Below the pieces are notes generated by a model. It worked only from the letters and a program-made list of their open reading frames with translations. It was not told the DNA's origin and did no database searches. Shown piece by piece: positions 23,371 through 34,460 of a stretch of 64,000 bases of DNA (position 1 is its first letter; every line of letters begins with the position of its first letter). Position numbers and translations under genes: made by a program. Origin of the DNA: Antedon mediterranea (Eukaryota > Animalia > Echinodermata); the NCBI RefSeq assembly GCF_964355755.1, contig NC_092670.1, forward strand, positions 6,810,201 through 6,874,200, written 5' to 3'.

Positions 23371-25129
23371 GGTTCTAGGACACCTACCCCCTACACAGTT
23401 ACCCCCCGGATGTTTACCACCCGGACAACTACCCCCTTAGGACAACTACCCCCTTAGGACAACTACCCCCCGGACAACTACTCCCCGGACAACTACCCCC
23501 TTAGGATAACAACCCCCCGGACAACTATCCCTTAGGACAACTACCCCTTTAGGATAACTACCCCCAGTCAACTACCCCCCGGTCAACTACCACCCGGTCA
23601 ACTACCCCAACCACCCCCCCCCCCAATCCAAAAATAGACAAATATATAGGACCGGTTTCTGTAAAAATGAAATCATCTGTTTTTAACGGGTGTTTCGAAA
23701 CAAGAGACCCGAGACCAGAGACCTGACACGAGGCCCAATACGAAAAGAGAGACCTATATTTGGGTCTCCCTTTTCGTATATTAGGGTCTTCTTTTTCGTA
23801 TAGTGTGGTGGTCTCTCTTTTCGTATAGTGGGGTCTCCCTTTTATTATAGTGGGTCTCCCTTTTCGTATATTTGAGTCTCCCATTTTGTATATTTGGGTC
23901 TCCCTTTTCGTATATTTGGGTCTCCCTTTTCGTATATTTAGGTCTCCCTTTTCGTATATTTAGGTCTCCCTTTTCGTATATTAGGGTCTCCCTTTTCGTA
24001 TAGTGGGGTCTCCCTTTTCGTACGTGGGTCTCCCTTTTCGTATATTTAGGTCTCCCTTTTCGTATTGGGTCTCGGGTCTCTGGTCTCCGGTCTCGGGTCT
24101 CTAGTTTCGAAACACCCGTTTTTAACCGATTATTCTGTTTAACAGCACGCTAGACCCTAGATGTGCTAGATTTAAAGTAACGGATTTATTGAAAAAACGG
24201 CCTGGGCTGTTTATTGTTCAGGTGGTTTTTAGGTGGACATTTATTGGAAGAAAGTTGTTTATTCAATGGGAGGGGGTATAATCTAATGGAAATAGACGCC
24301 GATTATTCCATATGATGTTTCATGGGAGTGACATGGTCACCGTTTATTTAAGAGAAATTTATTTAAAGATCGCCGTTTATTCGGTGAGTGAAGATTGAGG
24401 TCAAATATCAAAAGTGATATTATTCATCAAGTGTACAAAAATACATATATGACAAATTTGAGACAAAAATTAATTCTTTTAAGACCAGTGGTTATCGAAG
24501 CATTGTCCCGACGTAAAAATTATTATTATTATTAGCGAACCCAGTCTTTACAGTAAATACAGGGAGTACTATATAATACGTTCGACTATCCTATGATCAT
24601 GTGTGACAATCTTCAGTTTATACCAGGCTATATTTATCTTCAATCTTTTACTTTTGTTTACAATAATGAATAGTAATTCGTCGAAGTAACGAATTAAAAT
24701 ATAGTTATTAATTCCAATTATACACTGTTGCAGAGTCAGGTTGTTGAATGGTCTGGGTGGTAGTTGTCCGTCCGGGGGGTAGTTGTTCTAAAGGGATAGT
24801 TGTCTGGGTGGTAGTTGTCCAGGGGTTAGTTGTCCTATGGAGGTAGTTGTCCTAAAAGATTATTTGCCCTCGGAGTATTGTCCAGGTCCAAGAGATAGTT
24901 GTCCTACGGGGAGTATTGTGCCAGAGGTAGTTGTCCGCGGGGTAATTACCCGGGGGGATAATTGTCCGGGGGTAGTTGTCCAGGGTGTAGTTGTCCTAAG
25001 GGGGGTTGTTGTCCGGGGGGTATTTGTCCTAAAGGGGTAGTTGTCCTAAGGGGGTAGTTGTCCAGGTGGTGGTTGTCCGAGGAGTAGTTTTCCGGGGGTT
25101 AATGTCCAGGGGGTGAATATCCGGATACG
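23371..25129. mobile_element. Foldback-type non-autonomous DNA transposon with TIRs made of GGACAACTACCCC arrays
   Basis: Arrays at 23378-23610 (+) and 24755-25125 (-); flanks caccaaat / caccaaac (7/8 TSD). Confidence 0.75.
23688..24117. mobile_element. Mutator-like MITE with an internal ~21-bp minisatellite
   Basis: TIR GGGTGTTTCGAAAC.AGAGACCCGAGACC; perfect 9-bp TSD gtttttaac (23679-23687, 24118-24126); repeat gggtctcccttttcgtatatt. Confidence 0.85.
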
Positions 25130-28031
25130 CACCAAACACCGTCACGAAACCAATCACCAAACAACACCGTACCGGGAACACTGACCTACAATAGACTGGA
25201 TACAGACAGTTCAGCATCGCATAATATAAACAGCAGATCCGCTCCGACATGCAAATTAGATGTTGCTGAATTACAATCGCTCTGGAATGTTGGTTACGTA
25301 ATACCTCAGGCGAGTCGATTAGTGAACTGCTTAGGCCGAGTATGTGAATTTTGCTGGAACAACAATACGGTACCGAGAACTGTCCTATTTTCCCCTGCTT
25401 TGCTGTTGAGCGGAGCGAGTCAGGGCTAGGTACCGGCTCGGGATAATTATACCAGAATGCCAATAATAATTCAAAATTAACACAAATGGTACGCCATTTA
25501 TTTATATTCATGCAATGGGTATTCTAGTAGGTTAGTGGTGACACCCGAGTAAATTTTCAACACAAAATTAAGTGATTATGCAATAATTTATTTATTGTAA
25601 CTTAAATATTGCATTTTTTGGGGGAGGGGGTGGCCAGGAGCTTCTATAAAAAACTTTAACTGGCCAGTTTAGTTATAGTTTAGTAGCAGGCCTACTGTAC
25701 TGTGTTGCTGCTGGGCCTACCTAGCCTATGCCATGGGGTCTTGAGTGTAGCCTAGAAAATCCTCCAGACCTAGGTTAGTGTAGCCTTAGGCTGGAGCCTA
25801 AAGTAGCTAGCCTTCTGTACGAATATTATAACACACTGGTTTAAGTGGTAACATTCTAAAAATCCCGTTTCCTATATAAGCAGGAGACTTTTTCAATAGG
25901 ATGATCATAAAATGCATCATTTCTTTGTTTACCATGTTTGGTGAGGAAATCAAACAAATTTTTCTCCACGTCTGTACTCCATCCATGATTGAATATTGTT
26001 GTACACGTGTGACGTTGCCGTGTGTGAGTTTTGGGGATTCCCTCATCTGTAACCAGAGCATGATTGGTAAAAATACGTTCACGTGGTATAGTTTTTAAAG
26101 GGGGATTCTGGGTTTAAAATTGCTTTTAAATATCGTTTATTTATTAAATAAAAAATATTATAACAATATAGACATGTCAGAATGAAGAAGTAATAACGAG
26201 AAATTAAAAAAATTAAATTTCATATACATTTTAGGGTAAATTCATGAAAAGTCTGTTTTTCAGCAGCTTAGGGAAGCTCATTAATATTCATGAGATATTC
26301 ACAAAATCACGTCATCAGTGGATTCCAAACTCGCGACGTCAAGCTTGTACGTTGTGTTCTCTCTCCCCTGTCAAACGATGACCACCCGATTATTGTGAAA
26401 TACATTTTGTGTAGATTTTCTAAGCTAGGCCTAAAGTGTAATAATAACAGTAGTAGTATATTTATTTGACATTTAATGAAATAAAAAATTTAGTACAGAT
26501 TACGGAGTCATAAATTATACTATTTTTATACCTCGAATAGTACAGATCATATATCGGCATCACGTGCTAGGCTAGGCCTAGCCTAAATCATTTTATTCAT
26601 GGGTGAGAGCCATTTCTGACTAGGGATTCCATGCCACGATGGCTACGTTAAAACATTGGGGCCATCATGGGCCAAGCTAGCCTACTACTAAACTATTGGC
26701 CCATAAATAACAAAACTCAGTGGATTCCACACCCATCCTATCAACCAAACTCCTAAACAATCTAAACCTAAAACGTTCTACAAAAATCGGCTGTAAATAT
26801 TGAGGCAAAACAAGGTCCGATTTCCGTCCGCACGTATGGTGTCCCGATCGTCTAATAAGTAGGCCTAAAATAGGCCTAGTTTACTCTCCAAAAAAGCGGA
26901 TACTGCATCAAGCAAGTAGACCGGTAGTAGGAAGGAGACCTATCCGATCCGGTCCAGTTAAAAATTGAGCTAGCTAGTGTAGTAGACCCTATGCGAATTG
27001 ATACTACCAGGCCTTTTACTATAGGCTACACTTGTTAAAATTAGCAATACTTATGTTTACAAATATTCCAACTATCTCATTCGAGCTATATTATCTATAC
27101 CATTCCGGTAGGTCGAGTCGACCTTCAATCAATACTGTACATCGTTCATGTTGTGATTATAGACGGGGTATACTCTCGACCCGACCAGTTTGGTATTGTA
27201 TACTGTATCTGCTTATCACGTAACAATGCCAGGCATCGGGCAGAGAGAGCACGTGTATCGTCGTCTCGCTCTCCTCGCTCAGCAGGAAGCGAGCAGGAAT
27301 GTATACGTTACGCTTCATTGATTTTGAAGTCTTTCCCTAAGTCAGTGCGAAAATCGGCAAACGTAGAGTGCAAACATATCTAATTTTTCACTGTTTTGAT
27401 GGATTTTCATAGAAAATTGACTTTATAAATGGGAAGACCGACTAAAATTACATCAGATAAGTATAATTTTACAAAAGTAATTGATATGATTAATGATAAC
27501 GAGTCGTCGGAAGATTGACCATTTCACGAATTTCCTATTCTGTAACCACAGAGTGATTTTGCCGTAGCTGCACTTGTAATTTGGCCTCATTTCACAGCCT
27601 TCGTTCTGCTTCACTGGGCGCTTATATAAATTGAAACTTTTACCGTTTAAGAGACAAACAAATATATTTTACATTTTTTACTATTCATTTTAAACCCGGA
27701 ACCCTCCTTTTAGACGTTGCGGATAATTTGAACGTGTAACGTTCCCCCGACCAAATCACTCACGCGGTGTATATTAAAATAAAGTACCAAATTAAAACAG
27801 TAATTTCTCAAAAATTTCCCAACACAATTATGGAGAACTCATAATAATGAACAATATCAGAAACTTAATTTTTACACACTTATACCTGAATAATTTGTCA
27901 ATTCGCCTTTTTTAACATGGTATCATTTTAATTTGTTTTTGTATGTACTAAATTAAGATTTTACAATTATAAATTGTAATATGATTTTAGCGTTAGTTAT
28001 CCTTGTTTATTCCTGTTGTATAATTAAATAG

Positions 28032-28280
28032 ATAATGAGGATCCAGTCTTGGTTTGTCCGCCTAATATTACAACTACTACAGCAGATGGTTTAGATCAAG
28101 CAGTCAATGTCACCTGGACTGATCCAATAGTAATTGACAATTCTGATGAAGATATAACACCAACGTCCAAGAACAACCCTGGAAATAATGAATTTGATAT
28201 TGGTAGAACTGATGTGTTATATGATGCAGTTGACAGTTCAGGCAATGCAGGAACATGTACCTTTACAGTTACTGTTACTG
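28032..28280 (+). CDS. Gene 1 exon 5, HYR type A (249 nt)
   Basis: DNEDPVLVCP...WTDP..IDNS...FDIG...AVDSSGN..TCTFTVTV; phase 1-1. Confidence 0.9.
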
Positions 28281-28428
28281 GTAAGCATAGATGGCTTTCA
28301 TTCTTTCCTCCTCTAACGTATTTTAATTAATTAATATAGAATTGTTTGCATAAATGCTTTTTTTACCCGAACTTTTTATCTAGTATTATTACTATTTTAT
28401 TATAAGTTATAATTACTTCATGTTTTAG

Positions 28429-28683
28429 ATCCAGAAGCTCCAGATATTATAGATTGTCCAATTGATATAATTGTTAACACAACAACTGGTGAGGCATTTG
28501 CCATCAATGTTACATGGATGGAACCGACAGCTACTGATAACTCTGGAGAGACTCCTGTACCAGTAGCAGACTACACTTCTGGTGAAAATATGTTTGCAAT
28601 TGGCAACACAACAGTTCAGTACAATGTATCAGATTCAGCTGGTAACTTTAATGATAGCTGCAGTTTTGGTATCACTGTTGAAG
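28429..28683 (+). CDS. Gene 1 exon 6, HYR type B (255 nt)
   Basis: DPEAPDIIDCP...WMEPTATDNSG...FAIG...DSAGN...CSFGITV; ttttag/gtaag. Confidence 0.9.
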
Positions 28684-28785
28684 GTAAGACAACTGTACTT
28701 CGTTGGAGGAAATTAAAATTGAGCTACAGTAATGTGGTAATATCAAATGTAATTTATTTATTTATGTTATTTATGTCGTGAATAG

Positions 28786-29070
28786 ATAATGAAAGTCCAA
28801 TAATTGCCTGCCCAACAAATGTCACTTCAAACAATTACATCGGAGAAGGGTATGGACTATTAAATGTCAGCACAGATATAGGAAGTCCAAATGCCACTGT
28901 CACCTGGGATCCTCCGGTGACAAGTGACAATAGTGGTGGACTTGTGACTGTAATGTCATCACCTTTCGAGTCTGGTGACATGATACCATATGGTACTCAC
29001 ACAATCACTTTTACAGCAACTGATCCTTATGGCAATAGCGACACCTGTGTATTTGATATCGAAGTTGAAG
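28786..29070 (+). CDS. Gene 1 exon 7, HYR type C (285 nt)
   Basis: DNESP..CPTNV...VTWDPP.TSDNSG...FTATDPYGN..TC; phase 1-1. Confidence 0.9.
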
Positions 29071-29384
29071 GTAAAGTAAGAATCTCTTATTCTGAATTTT
29101 CACCAATATTTAAAAGCACTATAATAGTAATAAGTACCATTTATTATTTTATCGATATTCTTTGCATAATGGTAATTATGTTTTTTAACGGCTTGTTTAT
29201 TATTTGTTTATACGGTAAGTTTGACAAAAATAATACACTGTACTGTAAGAATTAAAATGTTATTTCGTAACTATGAATCAAGTCTTATGTGGAAATAAGA
29301 AAATTAATTGTTCCACTCTACCATTACAAAATGTAATAGGATTTTAGCGTTATTCATTCTTGTTTCTTCCTTTTATATTATTAG

Positions 29385-29633
29385 ATAATGAGGATCCAGT
29401 CTTGGTTTGTCCACTAAATATTATAACTACTACAGCAGAGGGTTCAGATCAAGTAGCCAATGTCAACTGGACTGATCCAATAGTAATTGACAATTCTAAT
29501 GAAGATATAACACCAACGTCCAAGTACAATCCTGGACTTAATGAATTTGATATTGGTAGAACTGATGTTATATATGATGCAGTTGATAGTTCAGGCAATG
29601 CAGGAACATGTACATTTACAGTTACTGTTACTG
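29385..29633 (+). CDS. Gene 1 exon 8, HYR type A
   Basis: Near-identical copy of exon 5, flanking introns included. Confidence 0.9.
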
Positions 29634-29780
29634 GTAATCATAGATGGCTTTCACTCTTTCCTCTGTAGTATTTAAATTAATTAGTATAGAAATGTTTGCA
29701 CAAATTCATTTTACCCTGATCTTCTTTCCTGAGTATTATTACTGTTATTTATTATAAGTTATAATTACCTCATGTTTTAG

Positions 29781-30035
29781 ATCCAGAAGCTCCAGATATT
29801 ATAGATTGTCCAATGGATATAATTGTTAATACAACAACTGGTGAGGCATTTGTCATCAATGTTACATGGATGAAACCGACAGCTACTGAAAACTCTGGAG
29901 AGACTCCTGTACCAGTAGCAGACTACACTTCTGGTGATAATATGTTTGCAATTGGCAACACAACAGTTCAGTACAATGTCTCAGATTCAGCTGGTAACTT
30001 TAATGATAGCTGCAGTTTTGGTATCACTGTTGAAG
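29781..30035 (+). CDS. Gene 1 exon 9, HYR type B
   Basis: Near-identical copy of exon 6. Confidence 0.9.
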
Positions 30036-30139
30036 GTAAGACTGTTTGCTATAGGTGGAAATGAAATTTGAGTTATAGTTTTAATAATGTGGTTTTGTCA
30101 AATTCTATTTTTTTGTATTGCTGTTATTTTTTTTTATAG

Positions 30140-30424
30140 ATAATGAAAGTCCAATGATTGACTGCCCGACAAATGTCACTTCAAACAATTACATCGGAGA
30201 AGGTTATGGATCAGTAGATGTCAGCACAGATATAGGAAGTCAAAATGCCACTGTTACCTGGGATCCTCCAGTGACAAGTGACAATAATGGTGGACCTGTG
30301 ACTGTAATGTCATCATCTTTCGAGTCTGGTGACATGATACCAATTGGTACTCACACAATCACTTTTACAGCAACTGATCCTTATGGCAATATTGACACCT
30401 GTGACTTTGGCCTCAATGTTGAAG
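30140..30424 (+). CDS. Gene 1 exon 10, HYR type C
   Basis: Near-identical copy of exon 7. Confidence 0.9.
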
Positions 30425-30728
30425 GTAAATGAAAACCTCTTTTTAAATAGCATAGATGGCTTTCATTCTTTCCTCTGGAGTATTTAAATTAATTAATATA
30501 GAAATGTTTGCATAAATGCATTTTTACCCTGATCTTCGTTTCTGAGTATTATTACTGTTTTACTAGCACATTCATTATTTTTAAACCTCACCCTAGTGGG
30601 AAGTAACAGAGTCAAAATCGTAGCCCTTTTAAACACATTGTTAAATATGACATTGTAATGTATTACATGGATGAGACAAAAATGTTTAGCTGAATAAACT
30701 GTAATTACAAGCAAACAAAGGTCAAATT

Positions 30729-32328
30729 TTTGTGGATTTTTACTTTTATGTTAAACCAAAACAACGAAAAGGAATAAAATTACCTTCGTGACGTTTCGCC
30801 GACAATCTGTCAGCTGCTTCAGACTAATGCCTGGGTTGGAATTGTCTGGTTTTTTGTAAATGACGCTGAACAGCGCCACCAGCCGTCTGGTTGGTATTGA
30901 CGGTAGAGCGTCTCCGCTGGCCCCCCTCCTGCTTCAACTTTTTCCAGCAAACTATCATATGTATGTGGGAGGTCATACCCACCAATGTCTCTGTTGATAT
31001 TATGTGGTCTTTTTCTTATGCAGATAGATTCTTTTATCTTTCTTTTGTCTGTCTGTGCTTCTTTTTCAATAACTCTCGCATTCCAATTTGGAATATGGTC
31101 ATTCCCTATAGCGTAGTCAGTTATGGCTGACTTATGTAAAACCTGGGACGAAGAATTTCTATTTGCACGTGTTCTAACTACTTGGTTGTGTGTTGATACC
31201 TCTTTTTTATGTTCCCCAATTCTTGTATTCAGTGCCCTTCCGGTCTCTCCTATATATACTTTCTCACAGTTTAGACAGTTCACTTCGTAAATAACCCCGC
31301 ACATGTCTTCCGTTTTTATTCTATCTTTTGGGTGGACCAGTCCATTCTTTAATTTATTACTTGGAATGAAGAAAGTTAGTTAGTGAATAGAGCAGACACA
31401 ATTGTTAGTGAAGAGAAAGATAAAAAACATGAGTTGGAACACATTAGAAAAGCATTGAAAATTTGTAACTATCCAAAATGGTCAGTAGACAGAGTCGTAA
31501 ACAAGAGGAAAGAACAAAAGTCAAAAAACAAACCAGAAGAACGCCAAAGAAAGGAAATGGAGAAGATGAAAGCTCACATAGGTATCCCATACATACACGG
31601 AATTTCTGAAAAGATTCGACGCACTTTTGCTAAGCACAAAGTGAACACTTTCTACATTCCAAGTAATAAATTAAAGAATGGACTGGTCCACCCAAAAGAT
31701 AGAATAAAAACGGAAGACATGTGTGGGGTTATATACGAAGTGAACTGTCTAAACTGTGAGAAAGTATATATAGGAGAGACCGGAAGGGCACTGAATACAA
31801 GAATTGGGGAACATAAAAAAGACGTATCAACACACAACCAAGTAGTTAGAACACGTGCAAATAGAAATTCTTCGTCCCAGGTTTTACATAAGTCAGCCAT
31901 AACTGACCACGCTATAGGGAATGACCATATTCCAAATTGGAATGCGAGAGTTATTGAAAAAGAAGCACAGACAGACAAAAGAAAGATAAAAGAATCTATC
32001 TGCATAAGAAAAAGACCACATAATATCAACAGAGACATTGGTGGGTATGACCTCCCACATACATATGATAGTTTGCTGGAAAAAGTTGAAGCAGGAGGGG
32101 GCCAGCGGAGACGCTCTACCGTCAATACCAACCAGACGGCTGGTGGCGCTGTTCAGCGTCACTTACAAAAAACCAGACCATTCCAACCCAGGCATTAGTC
32201 TGAAGCAGCTGACAGATTGTCGGCGAAACGTCACGAAGGTAATTTTATTCCTTTTCGTTGTTTTGGTTTAACATAAAAGTAAAAATCCACAAAAATATTA
32301 TTTGGAACCAGAGGAATTTATTCAATGT
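30729..32328. mobile_element. Penelope/Poseidon-type element in inverted (head-to-head) arrangement
   Basis: GIY-YIG ORF 31383-32198 (GVIYEVNC..C...YIGETGR....RI.EH); 30729-31376 is an inverted copy of ~31648-32294; 12-bp TSD aaaggtcaaatt (30717-30728, 32329-32340). Confidence 0.9.
32198..32234 (+). ncRNA. Minimal hammerhead-like motif with variant core (inverted copy at 30788-30824)
   Basis: GT CTGAAGCA GCTGAC-agatt-GTCGGC GAAACGTC AC; core reads CTGAAGC rather than CTGANGA. Confidence 0.5.
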
Positions 32329-32678
32329 AAAGGTCAAATTGTATATCAGAAAATGGGGTCATTGTTAAATTTAAACGTGTATTTAATGTTTTCTTTTTAC
32401 AAGTAAAATCATTACCTTTGTTCTTGTTTTTTCTACGTAAGCAAATAGCTTTGGAAATAATAAAATGGCATATTAAAAATCTGATTGTATTAGTCTTTAC
32501 TTATTTTTGGGTGACAATACATCTTTAAATCGATTCTACCTATGAATTTCACTGGGTGATCGGTTAAAATACGAAATATGCTATAGTTTAATTAACTATA
32601 ATGACTAAAACAGTAGAACGAATTTTAAATTATGCTTAGAAACGATATGATCTTGATATTTAGACATTTTTATAATAG

Positions 32679-32927
32679 ATAATCAGGATCCAGGTTTGTT
32701 TTGTCCACCTGCTATTGCAACTACAACAGATGGCTCAGATAAATCAGTGAATGTCATCTGGACTGATCCAATAGTAATTGACAATTCTGGTGAAGATATA
32801 ACACCAACGTCCAAGTACAATCCTGGGAATAATGAATTTGTTATTGGAAGCACTGATGTCATATATGATGCGGTTGATAGTTCAGGAAACTCAGCAACAT
32901 GTACATTTACAATTACTGTTACTGGTG
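32679..32927 (+). CDS. Gene 1 exon 11, HYR type A (membrane-proximal)
   Basis: DNQDPGLFCPP...WTDP..IDNSG...TCTFTITV; G|gtgagt donor. Confidence 0.85.
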
Positions 32928-33616
32928 GTGAGTATAGAAATGCTTATAGAATCATGTTAACATGTATTAGCATAGCAGCATGACATGGCAATGTCTCCGT
33001 TCAATTCAACAAGCGTGAATTGTTGAAAAAGACTGTATTGTCACTGTAAACAGTTATTTTTTATTGTATGGCATTCACGTTTATTCATTTGATTGAATAT
33101 GATGACTTTTTCAAAAATAAAAAAATATAAATCCATATTTCTGAAAGAGAAATTGTTTGAATAATAACATATTGAAAATTGGAAGAAAAGTGATAACGTT
33201 TACGCGATATGTGTCGAAAGAGATACAATTTTTAAAAATTCAGATGGCCATATATGACATTATAAAATAATGACAGCCTAAATTTTACATGAATCTATAT
33301 CTACAACTCATTCGCTTTTAAAATAAGTCTTAAAAAATAAGGGTCACCAGCTATGCTGAAGAGTATATTTATATAATCAATTTGCATACATTATACGCCT
33401 TTAAAACGCACGGTTTTTAAAGCTAGACATGTACATGTGTCATTATTTTAGATTTATAATTCATAAATGAAATAAAAGGAATTTATCATAAAACGTATAC
33501 AAAATAATAATCAAGATACAACTAATAAGTTAAAAAATCAAAGAAACTGTCGACAATTTTGATTTCTTGCATTCTACAAAAATGATCGTTGTAATAATTA
33601 TATATATTTTTTCAAG

Positions 33617-33716
33617 GCAATAGCATGAACCAAGTACAGGGTTATCTGATTGCAGTAATAATCGTTCTTGTTATAATAATTATGGTGATGTCTCCAACTT
33701 TTTTCTTTTATTGCAG
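33617..33716 (+). CDS. Gene 1 exon 12, transmembrane helix (GNSMNQVQGYLIAVIIVLVIIIMVMSPTFFFYCR)
   Basis: Absent from the ORF track; ttttcaag acceptor in phase 1 gives a ~22-aa hydrophobic run; CAG|gtat donor in phase 2 matches the next exon. Confidence 0.75.
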
Positions 33717-34201
33717 GTATTTTTCTGTTTTACATATTTATTCCTATCTAGCTTGACATTTTTTAAAGTGTAATACATTAGGCCTAACAGATTTACAAAA
33801 TCGAGCTATTCTTAAAAATGAATTTGAATAAAATATTCAATTTAATTATTCTATTAAAATATGCAGTTATTTGTTTAAATGCATTTTATTCAACAGAAGA
33901 TATATTTTTACATTGTTTAGAATAATAACGTGATCAGTAAAGAACTTCCCGTGGCCAAAATTCTCAAAAGCGCGTTAATTAACACCATTAGATACCACTT
34001 TTCATTAGGTAGAGTTAATTCTAAATAACCAAACAAATAAGTGCTACTATCAATCCTAACCAGCAGTAAATGGCAATAAATCATTCAGGCAGCTACAGGC
34101 ATTAAATATGTTGTTAGACATAATATGCTTCAAGTAACCATTGAAATAATTATCTTAATTCATAGTTGCCTTATAAGTCTCTGTTATTACATTTATCTTA
34201 G

Positions 34202-34460
34202 GTCCCACTACAAGAATAACAATACTATTGTCAATAGAGTGGATGGTAATATCTTAGACATGAACATGACTGTGACTAACGACATGTACACGCCAACAAC
34301 AAATCAACCGGCAAACGTAGTATATGAGGCGAGCCTATCAACAATTGGCACTGGCAATTTTGCAGCTGAGCCAACTCTGGCAGTATTACCAGAAAGTGTT
34401 AATTCTGAATATCAGGATCATACATATTTATCAATAGAATCATGTAAACCCTTACAATGA
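34202..34460 (+). CDS. Gene 1 last exon, cytoplasmic tail with Tyr motifs
   Basis: ttag acceptor in phase 2 joins ORF 34125-34460 (RSHYKNN...NDMY...NVVY...NSEYQDHTYLSIESCKPLQ*); AATAAA ~34543; total CDS length divisible by 3. Confidence 0.7.

Larger units (their letters stand above)
20511..25255 (-). mobile_element. Decayed Rex1/Babar-like LINE, 3'-truncated, with its 5' region interrupted at 23371-25129
   Basis: APE (TNAQSL.NK, GDFN, SDH), RT (PIPKVNPP..ENDLRPISLT, YMDD), N-terminal RGCRAG motif; clade and 5' limit inferred. Confidence 0.8.

Noticed and set aside
23757-24066. Regular 21-bp repeats as a CRISPR array
   Set aside because: No unique spacers, eukaryotic context, and enclosed by MITE TIRs and a 9-bp TSD.
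23228-25511. Pro/Val/Gly-rich ORFs at 23228, 23558, 24837 and 25029
   Set aside because: Translations of transposon tandem arrays.
34421-34440. Canonical ITIM/ITAM in the gene 1 tail
   Set aside because: HTYLSI lacks the usual S/I/V/L at -2 and the Tyr spacing does not fit an ITAM; reported only as YxxI and NxxY motifs.
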